Positions 45,744 to 56,490 of a stretch of DNA of 64,000 nucleotides are shown one piece after another. The notes below the pieces were generated by a model. It had not been told where the DNA came from. It searched no databases and was given only the letters and a program-made list of their open reading frames with translations. This stretch comes from Flectonema sp. DT1601 (lineage: Eukaryota): positions 1 to 64,000 of the forward strand of contig OZ025783.1 in NCBI GenBank assembly GCA_964019425.1, in the 5' to 3' direction. Position 1 is the first letter of the stretch. Each line of letters begins with the position of its first letter. The position numbers and the translations under genes are program-made.

Positions 45744-46169
45744 CTTTGTGTTTGTTTCTGTTGTGTGTGAAATATGGTTCTTCAATAAGTTAACGTATCA
45801 CTTAAGTAGACGCATTAAAGAGAACTAGTACCGCGGTTCTGCTTCATTGTAATCCCCCAAAAAGAACCTGACAACAAAAGAAAAACGAAAGAAAAATGAA
45901 ATTCCCTCCGACTTAATAAATACATAAAAGGCAGATATCCTGCGCACACTTACTACCTACAAGAAACAATAATACCCATAGTTTTCTTTATCGTAAAGGG
46001 AACACTTTTTACTTTTATTGATACCGACGCTCTCGTAAATGCCGACTGAGGAATACATAAAAAAACATCTCCTTAAAAAGAAGGTTTCGTCAAATAGATT
46101 TTGATGTCAGTCGGAGTAGGGTGGTATTATAATATCAACCAAATGATTGTGATGTGTCCTATTTTATAA

Positions 46170-46778
46170 TTACTGTTCAAATGCATTGAGGTATCTGCTT
46201 CTCCAATTCTTCCTCATTCTCGGAATCTTAATATCACCCTGGTGATACTTTCTAGCCATCACAATACTATCATATGTGAATCGGCGAGTCGCTACTCGAG
46301 GATGCAAGTTCCACCAAAGCCAAAAGTATTTAAACGAAGCTGGTTTCCTAATGATTGATTTGAGTGCTTCAGTCTCTCCGCAATGAAAGTATTGAATCAA
46401 ATGAAAGACTTTGTTCATAAGAAGAGGTTGTAGTTTAACGTTGTAAAGTAAATTAGCTGCCATCTTATGTATCAAAGTAAAGTAGTAATGTGACGAGTAG
46501 TTGTACGCACGAGAACGTAAACTTATGTATCCAATATTTCTGACTGCGAGTTCGAGAAACTTACCAACTCTTCCTTCTATACTTCCGTGGTATCTGTGAA
46601 GTCGAAATTGAAACAACAAGAAGTCATAAAACGGCGTATCAGCGTGTACCAGAGACCTCCCTGTATTATTAAAATATGTCAGCGGTGTCCATTCGTCTGG
46701 GCGGTAGTTCGGATCTTGCAAACTACGAGTTCTGCTTATCAATCGCTTCTGCCCTCGTAGGGCAACTCGCAGAGACAT
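46170..46778 (-). CDS. Hypothetical basic/aromatic protein with probable mitochondrial presequence, 202 aa
   Basis: ORF starting MSLRVALRGQKRLISRTRSL, with a CAG acceptor 8 nt upstream. Family not recognised. Confidence 0.72.
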   Translation of the reverse strand: MSLRVALRGQKRLISRTRSLQDPNYRPDEWTPLTYFNNTGRSLVHADTPFYDFLLFQFRLHRYHGSIEGRVGKFLELAVRNIGYISLRSRAYNYSSHYYFTLIHKMAANLLYNVKLQPLLMNKVFHLIQYFHCGETEALKSIIRKPASFKYFWLWWNLHPRVATRRFTYDSIVMARKYHQGDIKIPRMRKNWRSRYLNAFEQ

Positions 46779-47477
46779 CTTCCCTCCTGTTGGTTGAAGA
46801 ATGAAAACATTTTAAAATAACTAAAAACACATCCGTCAAATATAAATGTTTCTTATTATCAACTCAACACGAGTTCATTGTTGCATTTCTGATGATAAAT
46901 TATTATTACAGAGATCCACTTGGTAGATTACAAAAATTTTGAAAAAAAAACGGAGCAAACGATTCCTCTACTCCGTCAGAAGACATTTGAAGGATTTGAT
47001 CGCAGCGCCACAACTCAACTTTAATAAAGATAAGGTTAATCATAAGTACTGTGAATTATCTTATTGTTAACAACAACAGTACAGTTGTTGTGAATATGAG
47101 ACAATCAGAAAGGGAGGAAGGAGAGGAGAACTGGACGTGCTAAAATATTTTACAGTAATTTTTTTAAAATTAATTGGACTCGCAGGGAAGGACCACATCC
47201 ACAGCAATAGCGTCGGATAAAATAATTTATGGATTCGCATTTTATGAACATCTACTGACTAATTACTTCTACTAAAAGAGCAACTTTCACAACACTCCAC
47301 TCGCTGTCACTTGTGACACTTCAAAATACCAGCCAAAGAAAAAGGAGAAAATCAACCACAAAATAGACGTCACGCGCTCTTACAGATCACGAGATTGGAA
47401 TCCACCTGCCAAAAGGGATCTTCGGGGGCCTTCTTTGAATCCACACTTTGCACGTTTTAATTATCGTTTTTGGTAAA

Positions 47478-49313
47478 TTATTTATTCTTTTTGTCGGAAT
47501 CGACTACTGCCGACTCCACAGACTTTTTGAGTCGCATGACGTCGGTCAGAACGTTTCTCTCGAGCACTTCAGAGGATGCGAGTAGCGCTCCATACAAAGC
47601 CCCACTGAACCCACAAGTAACAACATCCTGTCCAGTAAGACAAAGTCCCTCAACAGGTGTTGGTGATCTCAGACTAGCCAACGCCATCGGTGAGAATCTC
47701 TGAACGGTGTGGTCAAGTCCGTAGATTTCACCTTTTTGAGAATTTAAAAAATACTTATTTGTGAGTGGTGATGCAGCGTCCATGTGTTCCACTTTGTCGG
47801 CCAGTTGAGGAAATCTTTTTAATACACAATTCCACATCTTATCAGAAAAGATACCTTTCAGAGATTCGTACTCAGTTCCTCTTTTGTGAATACCTTCCTC
47901 ACACCACTCAGTAAACCACTCGAAGGCTGACAGGGCAACGACTGTGCAAGTAGTTTTGTTTGGATGCCTCTCTCTCGCAATGCTATCCTTTGTCGACGGG
48001 AATGACGCAAAGCAAACTGGAAGCTCCCAATCTCCAGTGAGGAGCTCTTCAGGAGTCTTTTTCAGAAATTCTTGAATGTCTTGTTCGATATTTTCTGATT
48101 TCATGAGCCAGTAATTAGTCGCCTGAACATTTAATTCTTCAGCAGATCCGTTGAGACCAATAAAGAGACACATCGAAGAGAACCCCTGTCGCATATCTTT
48201 CAAAGGGTATTGAGCTAAGTGAGGTTTTAAAGATGGAACCAAATGTTCGAACGTGTTGAACAAACCAGCGTCAGAAACGACAGTTTTACAAGGAATGAAT
48301 GCGTCGTCTCTATCCATAATTACTCCTTGACATCGTCCGTTTTGGACTTCAATACTTCGGACACGTCCTTTTACGAGAACTACTCCATTTCCAGTTTTGT
48401 GAAGAGCTTTTATTAAAGCGATCGTCACTTCTGATGATCCACCCTTTGGATATAAAGCTCCCTGAATATAATGTTCTACAAGAGATCCGTGCATTGCGAA
48501 TGATGCTTCTGAAGGGACACAACCATAGTCACCGTACTGGTACATTAAGACAGCTCGTAGTTTCGGATCTGTGATTGTGTTGTTTACAACGTCTGCGACA
48601 GATGTTTGCGCCAATTCAAAAAACTCACCGAACATAAACTTAATAACACCAGTAGATACAATTAACCTCATGAACCACATTGGGAATAGTTTTACTAAAA
48701 ATAATGCCATCTCTGTCTTTCTAACTCTCGTGATCTTATGAAAGTAACGATCAAGTTCTTCTTTAGAATCTGGGAAGCGGTCGTCAAGCATTTTTCGTAG
48801 ATTCTCACGGCCAGAATAGAGTGGAAATTCCTCATCCTTTACAATAGCCATGTCGTAAATGTTGTGAAGGTGTTCCCATTCCATTTGTCCTTCAGTGAGC
48901 TGGTCTAACATAAATAAAGAAATTGATGTCGGTGAGTACCCAACGTAGTGAATCCCGCTGTCAAACTCAAAACCTTTTTGAAAAAAAGTGTGGCAACATC
49001 CTCCTGCTGTAGTATGCTGCTCCAAAACGGCTACTTTCTTGCCAGCCTTTGCCAGGAGTACAGCCGCCGCTAGTCCACCAATTCCAGAACCGATTATAAT
49101 GACATCAGTGTCTTGTGGTACGCTGTCTTTTTTATAAACTTTTTTAAGAAATTGATCTCTCTTTGACATGTCACGTTCGACACCTTCGTTTGGACGTCTG
49201 ACGTCTTTCTGAAATGGGTTCCGACCCTTCTTTCGACGTAGTGGATATGTAACGAGATACGCTCCTACCGCCATCACTAAGATGAAGACCAACACGGAGA
49301 TGTATAATAGCAT
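47478..49313 (-). CDS. All-trans-retinol 13,14-reductase (RetSat)-like / phytoene desaturase family FAD oxidoreductase
   Basis: N-terminal TM anchor, DVIIIGSGIGGL Rossmann motif, LEQHTTAGGCCHTF, FEFDSGIHYVG, GEIYGLDH and LCLTGQDVVTCGFSGAL. ATG at 49313. Confidence 0.9.
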   Translation of the reverse strand: MLLYISVLVFILVMAVGAYLVTYPLRRKKGRNPFQKDVRRPNEGVERDMSKRDQFLKKVYKKDSVPQDTDVIIIGSGIGGLAAAVLLAKAGKKVAVLEQHTTAGGCCHTFFQKGFEFDSGIHYVGYSPTSISLFMLDQLTEGQMEWEHLHNIYDMAIVKDEEFPLYSGRENLRKMLDDRFPDSKEELDRYFHKITRVRKTEMALFLVKLFPMWFMRLIVSTGVIKFMFGEFFELAQTSVADVVNNTITDPKLRAVLMYQYGDYGCVPSEASFAMHGSLVEHYIQGALYPKGGSSEVTIALIKALHKTGNGVVLVKGRVRSIEVQNGRCQGVIMDRDDAFIPCKTVVSDAGLFNTFEHLVPSLKPHLAQYPLKDMRQGFSSMCLFIGLNGSAEELNVQATNYWLMKSENIEQDIQEFLKKTPEELLTGDWELPVCFASFPSTKDSIARERHPNKTTCTVVALSAFEWFTEWCEEGIHKRGTEYESLKGIFSDKMWNCVLKRFPQLADKVEHMDAASPLTNKYFLNSQKGEIYGLDHTVQRFSPMALASLRSPTPVEGLCLTGQDVVTCGFSGALYGALLASSEVLERNVLTDVMRLKKSVESAVVDSDKKNK

Positions 49314-50263
49314 TTTATTTCTTATGTTTTTACTGAAGTATCGAAATAATACTTTTTTGAAGATGAAAAAGTTCGCAATGTATTTTTCCTTTCCAACAAC
49401 TTCTCGGAAAAGGACGAGCAATTTCGATTGTTGCCGTTCGAAACTTTTAACTCGTTAAATCGTTCATCGTCTGATCACAATTTTATTCAACCACACCAGA
49501 CCGGCTAATTAATAGACACTCGTTTTCGTTAAATCCCACTCTTTGAAAGTTATCTTTGACTTTTTTTTTTTGCCCTTTTCTTTTTTCTTTTTTTTTTTGG
49601 ATGACAGGATTTCATCAAAAACGTTTTTTTTTTTTATTTTGTCTTCAATTTTTTTTTTTTTTTTTTTTAATTATTTTGTTTTGTTTTGTTTTTTTCGTTC
49701 TTCCCTTTTTCTACTTTTACAGAATATCAAAAAAGTGGGGGTGAAAAAAAATCAAGTGGGACAGAGTCTGGGAAACCAGTTAATGTGCTATTCTCGTTCA
49801 CCAAACCAAGAAATGTGGTCGGGTGTCTCACCTCACACTAATCACACTGGTCGAAATGCCACGAGGTAGGAAGTACGCAAAAGTATCGTGTGAGGTGATA
49901 GAGATGCAGAAGTACTGAAGAAATAGATTTCCCTTAACCTTTTTTCTTTATTAATGAGATTATATGAAAAAATGTAATCCAGGGGAGTGGATTTTTTACA
50001 ATTTTTCTAACAACACACTGAAAGGACCAAACGATAGATCCAGTGAATTGATTTCCCTGTCACACTACTTGTTGATGGCAACTAGCAGTCGCTTTACTCG
50101 AAATGAACGTTTTTTTTGTGGCACCGTTGGCTTAAGATACCCAAGAGGCAGCCTAGACCAAAGACGTTTGTGACTGATAAGAATTATTTATATCATCCAT
50201 AAGAAGGAAAAGAGAAAATCAAAAGCAAAAAAGGAAAGCTTTCAAATAGTTGTTCTTCCATTC

Positions 50264-52386
50264 TTACTCTTCTTCACCAGTGTTGATAGTGACAAGGACT
50301 TGTCCACCAGTTACCTTTGATTCCACCTGTGTTTTTTTTATTTAACGAAAATGAAAAAACTCAAACGTGTTGTTAAACCAAAAACAGAAACAATACAAAC
50401 CTTCACAGGAAGCGCCTCAATTGTTCCGGCGGCGTTAGCCTTAATCTTGTGTTCCATCTTCATGGCTTCCATTACCATGATATCATCACCTGGCTGTACA
50501 GAGTCACCAACCTGAACTGATACTTTTGTAATCTTACCAGGCATTGGTGCAGTAATAGCACCTCCTCCAGAGAATGCTGTGTCGTATGAAGTACGAGTCT
50601 CAAGTGGGAAGGTGATCGTTCCGTTTGTTGTCAATAAAGCGATTGTATCTTCAGATGGTATCGCTCTGTACTCAAAACGAACGTCATCAATCAACAACAC
50701 GATGTTGTCCTGAACAGTCTTTGGTTGAGTTACAATCTTAACGGTGGTGCTCTTCTTTCCTGAAGTCACAACAATTTCATTACTGGAAGGAGCCATTGAC
50801 ATAGAGACTTCTGATTCACCGAATTTAATAGTTTTATTGAAACCTGTGTTCAGGCGGAACATCGAAAGCTGAGAAAATGGAGTTCCAGTCTGAGCGTTCT
50901 TACTGAGCTCAGCAAAAGTAACTCCAAAAGCAGCCATGGCGTATTCTTGAATTGTGTGAACTTTGTCAGTCAGAAGGATGTCGTGGTTATCGGTAATAAA
51001 GTTAGTAGAGACGCAGCCCTTAATAAAATCTTTGCTTGTAATACAAGAAGTTAAGAACTCGATATTTGTTGGGATTCCAACAACGAAGTAGGTGCGGAGA
51101 GCTTCTTCTAGTGCCCGAAGACAAGTGCTTCTATCCTTGGCCCAAACAATTAACTTCGCAATCATCGGATCGTAGTGAACGAGAACCTCATCACCAGGAC
51201 GGAACCCAGAGTCAACTCTTACGATAGTCCCGTCGATGGTTGTTTTTGGAAGCTCAACGTGTGTCAACAGTCCAGCTCCTGGTAAAAAGTCAGCACCTGG
51301 CTTCTCAGCATAGATACGAGCTTCTAAAGAGTGTCCCTTAATTGTAAGGTCTTCCTGCTTGAAAGGAAGCTTCTCACCGCGAGCTACTTCAATTTGAAGT
51401 TTCACGAGATCCAGTCCAGTGATCATTTCAGTTACCGGGTGCTCAACCTGAAGTCTGGTGTTCATTTCCATAAAATAGTATTTGTCGGTAGTCACATCGA
51501 AGATGAATTCAACAGTTCCGGCACCGACATAGTCTACGGCCTGGGCAGCACGAACAGCTGCTTCTCCCATCTCTTTGCGAAGGGATTCTGAGAGCCCAGG
51601 GGCTGGGGCTTCTTCGAGAACCTTCTGATGTCTTCTTTGAACTGAGCAGTCACGTTCAAAAAGGTAAACTCCGTTCTTGTGTTTGTCACAGAACACCTGA
51701 ACTTCAACGTGACGGGACACGTCGAGGAATTTCTCAATCAGCACTCTGTCGTCTTTAAAAAACGCGATTGCTTCTCTGCGAGCACCCTCCAAGTTGTCAA
51801 TAAATTCTTCACTTGATCTGACAACACGCATTCCCTTTCCTCCTCCACCGAGGACAGCTTTGATAAGAACTGGGTAGCCCATCTCATCGGCTTTTGATTT
51901 CAGTGTCTCGTTGGTTTGATCCTCACCGTGGTATCCAGGAACACATGCAACATTAGCTGCTTCCATAATGTTTTTAGATTCAGACTTGGATCCCATCGAA
52001 GTGATAGCCGACGCTGGAGGTCCAATGAACTCAACTCCAACTTCTTCGCAAGACTTTGCAAATCCGGCATTCTCAGAAAGGAATCCGTATCCCGGGTGGA
52101 TGGCTTGAGCTCCGCATTCCTTAGCAATCTTAACAATTTTATCTCCCAATAAATACGATGATGTTGCAGGAGGAGGCCCAAGTCTGTAAGCTTCATCCGC
52201 CATCTCAACGTGCTTTCCATTGGTCTCAGCATCACAGTGAACAGCAACAGTTCTAACTCCCATCGATCTGGCGGTTTCAATAACACGGCAGGCGATCTCA
52301 CCTCTGTTAGCAATTAATATTTTATCGATTTTCTTCGACTTATGCCGCGCCTGCCGAGACAGTATGCGCCTCGAGTTGAACATCAT
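50264..52386 (-). CDS. MCCC1: 3-methylcrotonyl-CoA carboxylase alpha (biotin-containing) subunit, mitochondrial; exons 52386-50401 and 50326-50264
   Basis: ILIANRGEIACR, HPGYGFLSEN, ERDCSVQRRHQK, MEMNTRLQVEHPVTE and biotinyl motif EAMKM. A 74-nt GT..CAG intron completes the biotinyl domain (VESKVTGGQVLVTINTGEEE*). Confidence 0.9.
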
Positions 52387-52560
52387 TTTGTTCGATTGAT
52401 TATCTGATGAAGTGATAAAAAGATAAAATAGATAAAATTAAAAAATGAAATCTCGATCCTCACGAAGGTTGTTTCGACGAGAAGACTCCACAACGACAGC
52501 AACGTCATGCAAGCTGGAGTCACGCAGCTACTTTATACCCGAGTACCCTTATTTGTGCTC

Positions 52561-52749
52561 TTAAGTTAATTTCGTTTTTTTTTCAATTCGTTCGAGGTCC
52601 CGCAACCACTTAGAGAATTCATTTATCATCATCTCTGCTGATCTCGCACCAGCTGTTTCCGTGTCTTCTGCTGCTTTGCTCGCTTCTTCGAGTGCCTTCC
52701 TTGCGGCTTCAGATTGCTGAAATAATTGAGAAAGTTGATTGACGTCCAT
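52561..52749 (-). CDS. Small 62-aa coiled-coil ORF, or last exon of the upstream gene
   Basis: MDVNQLSQLFQQSEAARKALEE..., with a CAG acceptor 14 nt upstream. Could instead be spliced to 52882..55338. Confidence 0.45.
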   Translation of the reverse strand: MDVNQLSQLFQQSEAARKALEEASKAAEDTETAGARSAEMMINEFSKWLRDLERIEKKTKLT

Positions 52750-52881
52750 CTTTGTGTTAGTACCTGTTCGAGAAGTAGAATATTTATGATTTTGAGGGAA
52801 ATGAATAAATAAAATATTACAAAACTGTTAGAGAGATGAGAGTGACTGTGTAAGTGAGACATGTCATGTATACTTTTCCCT

Positions 52882-55338
52882 TCACTTTTCACCAGAAAGT
52901 GACTCGCATACAGACTTGGGAGCTCCATGACAACGACAATACCCGCGGTGAAGACGACCTTTTTCAATAAGAATTTTTAAGATATCTGTAAAGTCTTTTT
53001 GTAGGATTGTAACTCTGATAGTTCGCTGGATTTTACGAATTGCATGAGAACGTTTTTGGAATCTGACCAACTCGTCAAAATACTTCCTCATGAATATCAA
53101 TTTCTTGTTCCTTTCCAATTTTCGTAAATCTCTAGAAATGTACGAGTTTTCATCGCGTCTGGCGGCTTCTTTTCGAATTCGTCTCGTTGTCTTTGTAGTT
53201 TGACGAATTTGAATTCTTTCAGTTGAGTACTTCAACAACTTAGCGAATGATGTTCTTCTCAATACTTTAGAGGCTGCTTTGTTCATACGCCATAAGATCT
53301 TTCCAGCGACTATCTCTTTCTTCAACTGAAGAAGTACTAAAGAGTAGTTCTTATCGAAAAGAGTTGGATCTTCAAATGGATGACCTCTGTAATTCGATTC
53401 TTTCACGAGAGAAGAGAAGAAATCCGAAATTACCACATCTCGTTGTCGTGTCTCTTGTCTTATTCTAATAAAGTGTCTCCAGTTCCAGTATGAATTGAAT
53501 CGAATTTTAAACAAAATTTTAATCATTTTCTTCACTGCGATAGTTCGTAAACTTCTGAGTTCAACTTGTCTGGATGTCCAGGTCTCTAATTTTTGTAAAT
53601 ATTTCATCAGAAGAACCTTCTTCATGTCGAGTGCCGTGTTCCTCATTGCGACTACCAGTTTTAATTTTCGATAACATCTCTGAAGGACTATGCGAGATGT
53701 CCGAGCTCTTAGTATTGAAAATTGTTTATTAAGAAGTCTTCTACACGTCACCCTCTCCAGAACTGATCTGACTATTTGATTAAAATAACTTTCCAACAGA
53801 GAGAGTTCGGCATTTCTACGAATTCGTACTAGTGCGACTAGCGGAGGATTGCTTTGAGTGTTTCTTTGTATTCGCCTGTCCCACGCAAAGTGATAAAAGT
53901 TTTTAATCATTTGATCTGTTTCTTTAGCTTTCAATGGATACTGTTCACTGTTGCATTGTTTTAGGCATTTATTACGCCACTTAGTTTTGTATTTTTGTTT
54001 TGTTCCCTTAACCGACTGCAGTGCAGACCCCTGGTAAGAAGTCGACGGAGGCAGTGTTATTGCATATCTGTCAGCTGCTGCTTTCTTTTTTGTATTTTTT
54101 GAAAGTGGTCTCTGGTTTCGTAGAAGTTTCAAAAGCCATAGACGGCGGGTCTTGTCGTCTTCCCACCAAGTGGTTTCCCGAAGAGTTTCTTTTGTGAATG
54201 GTTTTTGTTTTTTCTTTTTTCGCTGTTGTTTCACAGAACCACCAGAAGAATAGTAATTCGAGATATTGATTTCGGACATCCGATCAAAGTCTCTCTGGTC
54301 TGAAGTAATAAAGTTCGTTAATTTATTGACATCCGACACTTCTCTGTTGACAAGCAACTGTTCGACAGTTACTTGTTCCTCATCTTCATTGATGTGAATA
54401 CCGAGTTGCCTTTCTAATATAATTGCTAAGTTTAAAACTGTTGATCTTCTTCTTTCTGCTATCACTTCGTACATTAATTCCGATGCAGATTTAGTCTTCT
54501 GTGCGGTTCTTATAAACTGCGATAAGAACTCTTCGTCACTAACGTCTTCTACCCGATTGCTGTTCAGAGATGTGGAGTTTGAGTCTCTTAAACTGCTCTG
54601 GTAAGTATTATTTTGTTTATTCTTTTTATTGGTTTGATAAGAAATCCATTTCATGAAATACCTCCTCCGAAGTCGTTTGTCACAAACAGATTTTCGATAT
54701 CGAGTTGCTGACCTTTGAGCTTCCCTCGCTCTGTCGATTGCTGCGACAACTTCACTGCAAAGAGATTCATTATTACGTTCTGCAACATATCTTTCGAAAA
54801 CTGAATAGACTCCACTTGATTGAACTTCTTTAGTACTCTTAAGAACTCTTTTATTGGTATTTCTGTTTGGTGGTCGTTGTCTTGAGACTGATGGAGGATG
54901 AGGAGTTCTTACTGCAGGACTCTTAAAAGACTTTACAAAAGGTGACTTGCAACGATCAGTCATATCATTTCTCATTACTGGAATCCGAGAAAATAGACTT
55001 CCAGTTCCCGCCCGTGGAGGAATCCAATCAGCTTTTTCTACACTACTGAGATTGTTGTCGTCTCTCATTTTAAAGTTCCTTCCGCTGGGATGCGCTGAAT
55101 GCGGTCTCTTGTAATGTTTATTATTATTAGTAACGTAGTAATTATAATTTATGTAATTAACTGAGGGTACCGAACTCGTACTATTTCCGCTGTTTACTGA
55201 ATAAGGTCGAACAGGTTGTGGTGGTGGAGACTCAGCATCCCCGGCAGCTGTTCTGCTGTTCATCAAATGAATAACATTATGGGCTGAGGTGCTCAAACAT
55301 ACTTCCGTTCCTTGTGAATGATTCATTGTTTGTGTCAA
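52882..55338 (-). CDS. Hypothetical basic helical protein, 818 aa
   Basis: Long ORF on the cluster strand, with an R/K/L-rich C-terminal half carrying periodic W/F (Sfi1-like texture). Family not established. Confidence 0.72.
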   Translation of the reverse strand: MTQTMNHSQGTEVCLSTSAHNVIHLMNSRTAAGDAESPPPQPVRPYSVNSGNSTSSVPSVNYINYNYYVTNNNKHYKRPHSAHPSGRNFKMRDDNNLSSVEKADWIPPRAGTGSLFSRIPVMRNDMTDRCKSPFVKSFKSPAVRTPHPPSVSRQRPPNRNTNKRVLKSTKEVQSSGVYSVFERYVAERNNESLCSEVVAAIDRAREAQRSATRYRKSVCDKRLRRRYFMKWISYQTNKKNKQNNTYQSSLRDSNSTSLNSNRVEDVSDEEFLSQFIRTAQKTKSASELMYEVIAERRRSTVLNLAIILERQLGIHINEDEEQVTVEQLLVNREVSDVNKLTNFITSDQRDFDRMSEINISNYYSSGGSVKQQRKKKKQKPFTKETLRETTWWEDDKTRRLWLLKLLRNQRPLSKNTKKKAAADRYAITLPPSTSYQGSALQSVKGTKQKYKTKWRNKCLKQCNSEQYPLKAKETDQMIKNFYHFAWDRRIQRNTQSNPPLVALVRIRRNAELSLLESYFNQIVRSVLERVTCRRLLNKQFSILRARTSRIVLQRCYRKLKLVVAMRNTALDMKKVLLMKYLQKLETWTSRQVELRSLRTIAVKKMIKILFKIRFNSYWNWRHFIRIRQETRQRDVVISDFFSSLVKESNYRGHPFEDPTLFDKNYSLVLLQLKKEIVAGKILWRMNKAASKVLRRTSFAKLLKYSTERIQIRQTTKTTRRIRKEAARRDENSYISRDLRKLERNKKLIFMRKYFDELVRFQKRSHAIRKIQRTIRVTILQKDFTDILKILIEKGRLHRGYCRCHGAPKSVCESLSGEK

Positions 55339-56490
55339 TGAGGTGTCATGTTATATTTATTTATTTTTCGTTGTACTACAGAACTCTTAATAAAGAAATA
55401 TCTAATTTATAATAAAAAAGGAACACATTAGAACAATTAAATTGAAAAATAATAAAAAAAAGATTTTTTTTCCCTTCTTTTTTTTTGTTCTCTCTTTTTT
55501 CTCAAAGCGTATCTTTCACGAGTGTTCACCCGAAAGTGGAATTGAAGTACATGATCTGTAAAGAAACAATGACAACAATAATGGGAGTATTTACCTAAAT
55601 AGTAAAGGTGTAAAAAAAGGTGAGGAGGGATGATATTCTTAGTTTGTTAGTTTGCAAGTCCAGAATTGATAACTTCGTAACCCGCACCGTAGAGGACACA
55701 ATCACGGAGATTGTGTTTTATAACTTCGACTGGAGGATAAATTCCCATCCGCCCTGCCTGGAGACCAACAAATTGAAAACAAAAATAAATAATTGAGATG
55801 GGAGCACAGACAGATTGCAACATGAATGACGGCTTTCTTTTCCGCTGAGTGATGTTAGGATTGACCAAGTTGAGTGCTGACAAAAATGTCGTCACTTCAA
55901 TTCCTTTATAAATTAAACAAATAGTTGAAAAATCAGAAATGCAATAATAAAAAAAAAAAATAATAAAAAAAAATACTAAAAAATAAAAATAAAAACAGAA
56001 AATATTCACAGAGATTAATATCGCAAACCCTCCCTGACATTTTTAAACTACACCAAAAAATGTTATTTTTTTTTTTATTTCATGGAAAAAAAATAAAAAA
56101 AATAAAAAAAAGGGAGGAAAAACACAAGCAGCAGAGGTAATAGTTATTATGTGAGGTAATGTACTAGTGGTACTTTACTAGACAAGCTACTCAACATGCA
56201 ACAAACAGAGAGCTACAATGAGCACTCTCTGATAAAAATTATTACAAACAAAAGACTTGGATTGCTCCTTTTTTCTTTTCCAAATGAAAGCTACATGTTT
56301 CCCCATCACAATTCAAACAAAGCCTCATCGCATACAGTAATACTAGCACACAGGTAACATGACATAAAATAATTGCTAATAAATAACGGCTCTTGATCTG
56401 AATACCTTCTTCTCCGACTTCGTCGTTGCAACAAAAAAAAAGAAAATAAAAACATTATTAGTGATGTTGAATAACTAAATAAAAAGATCT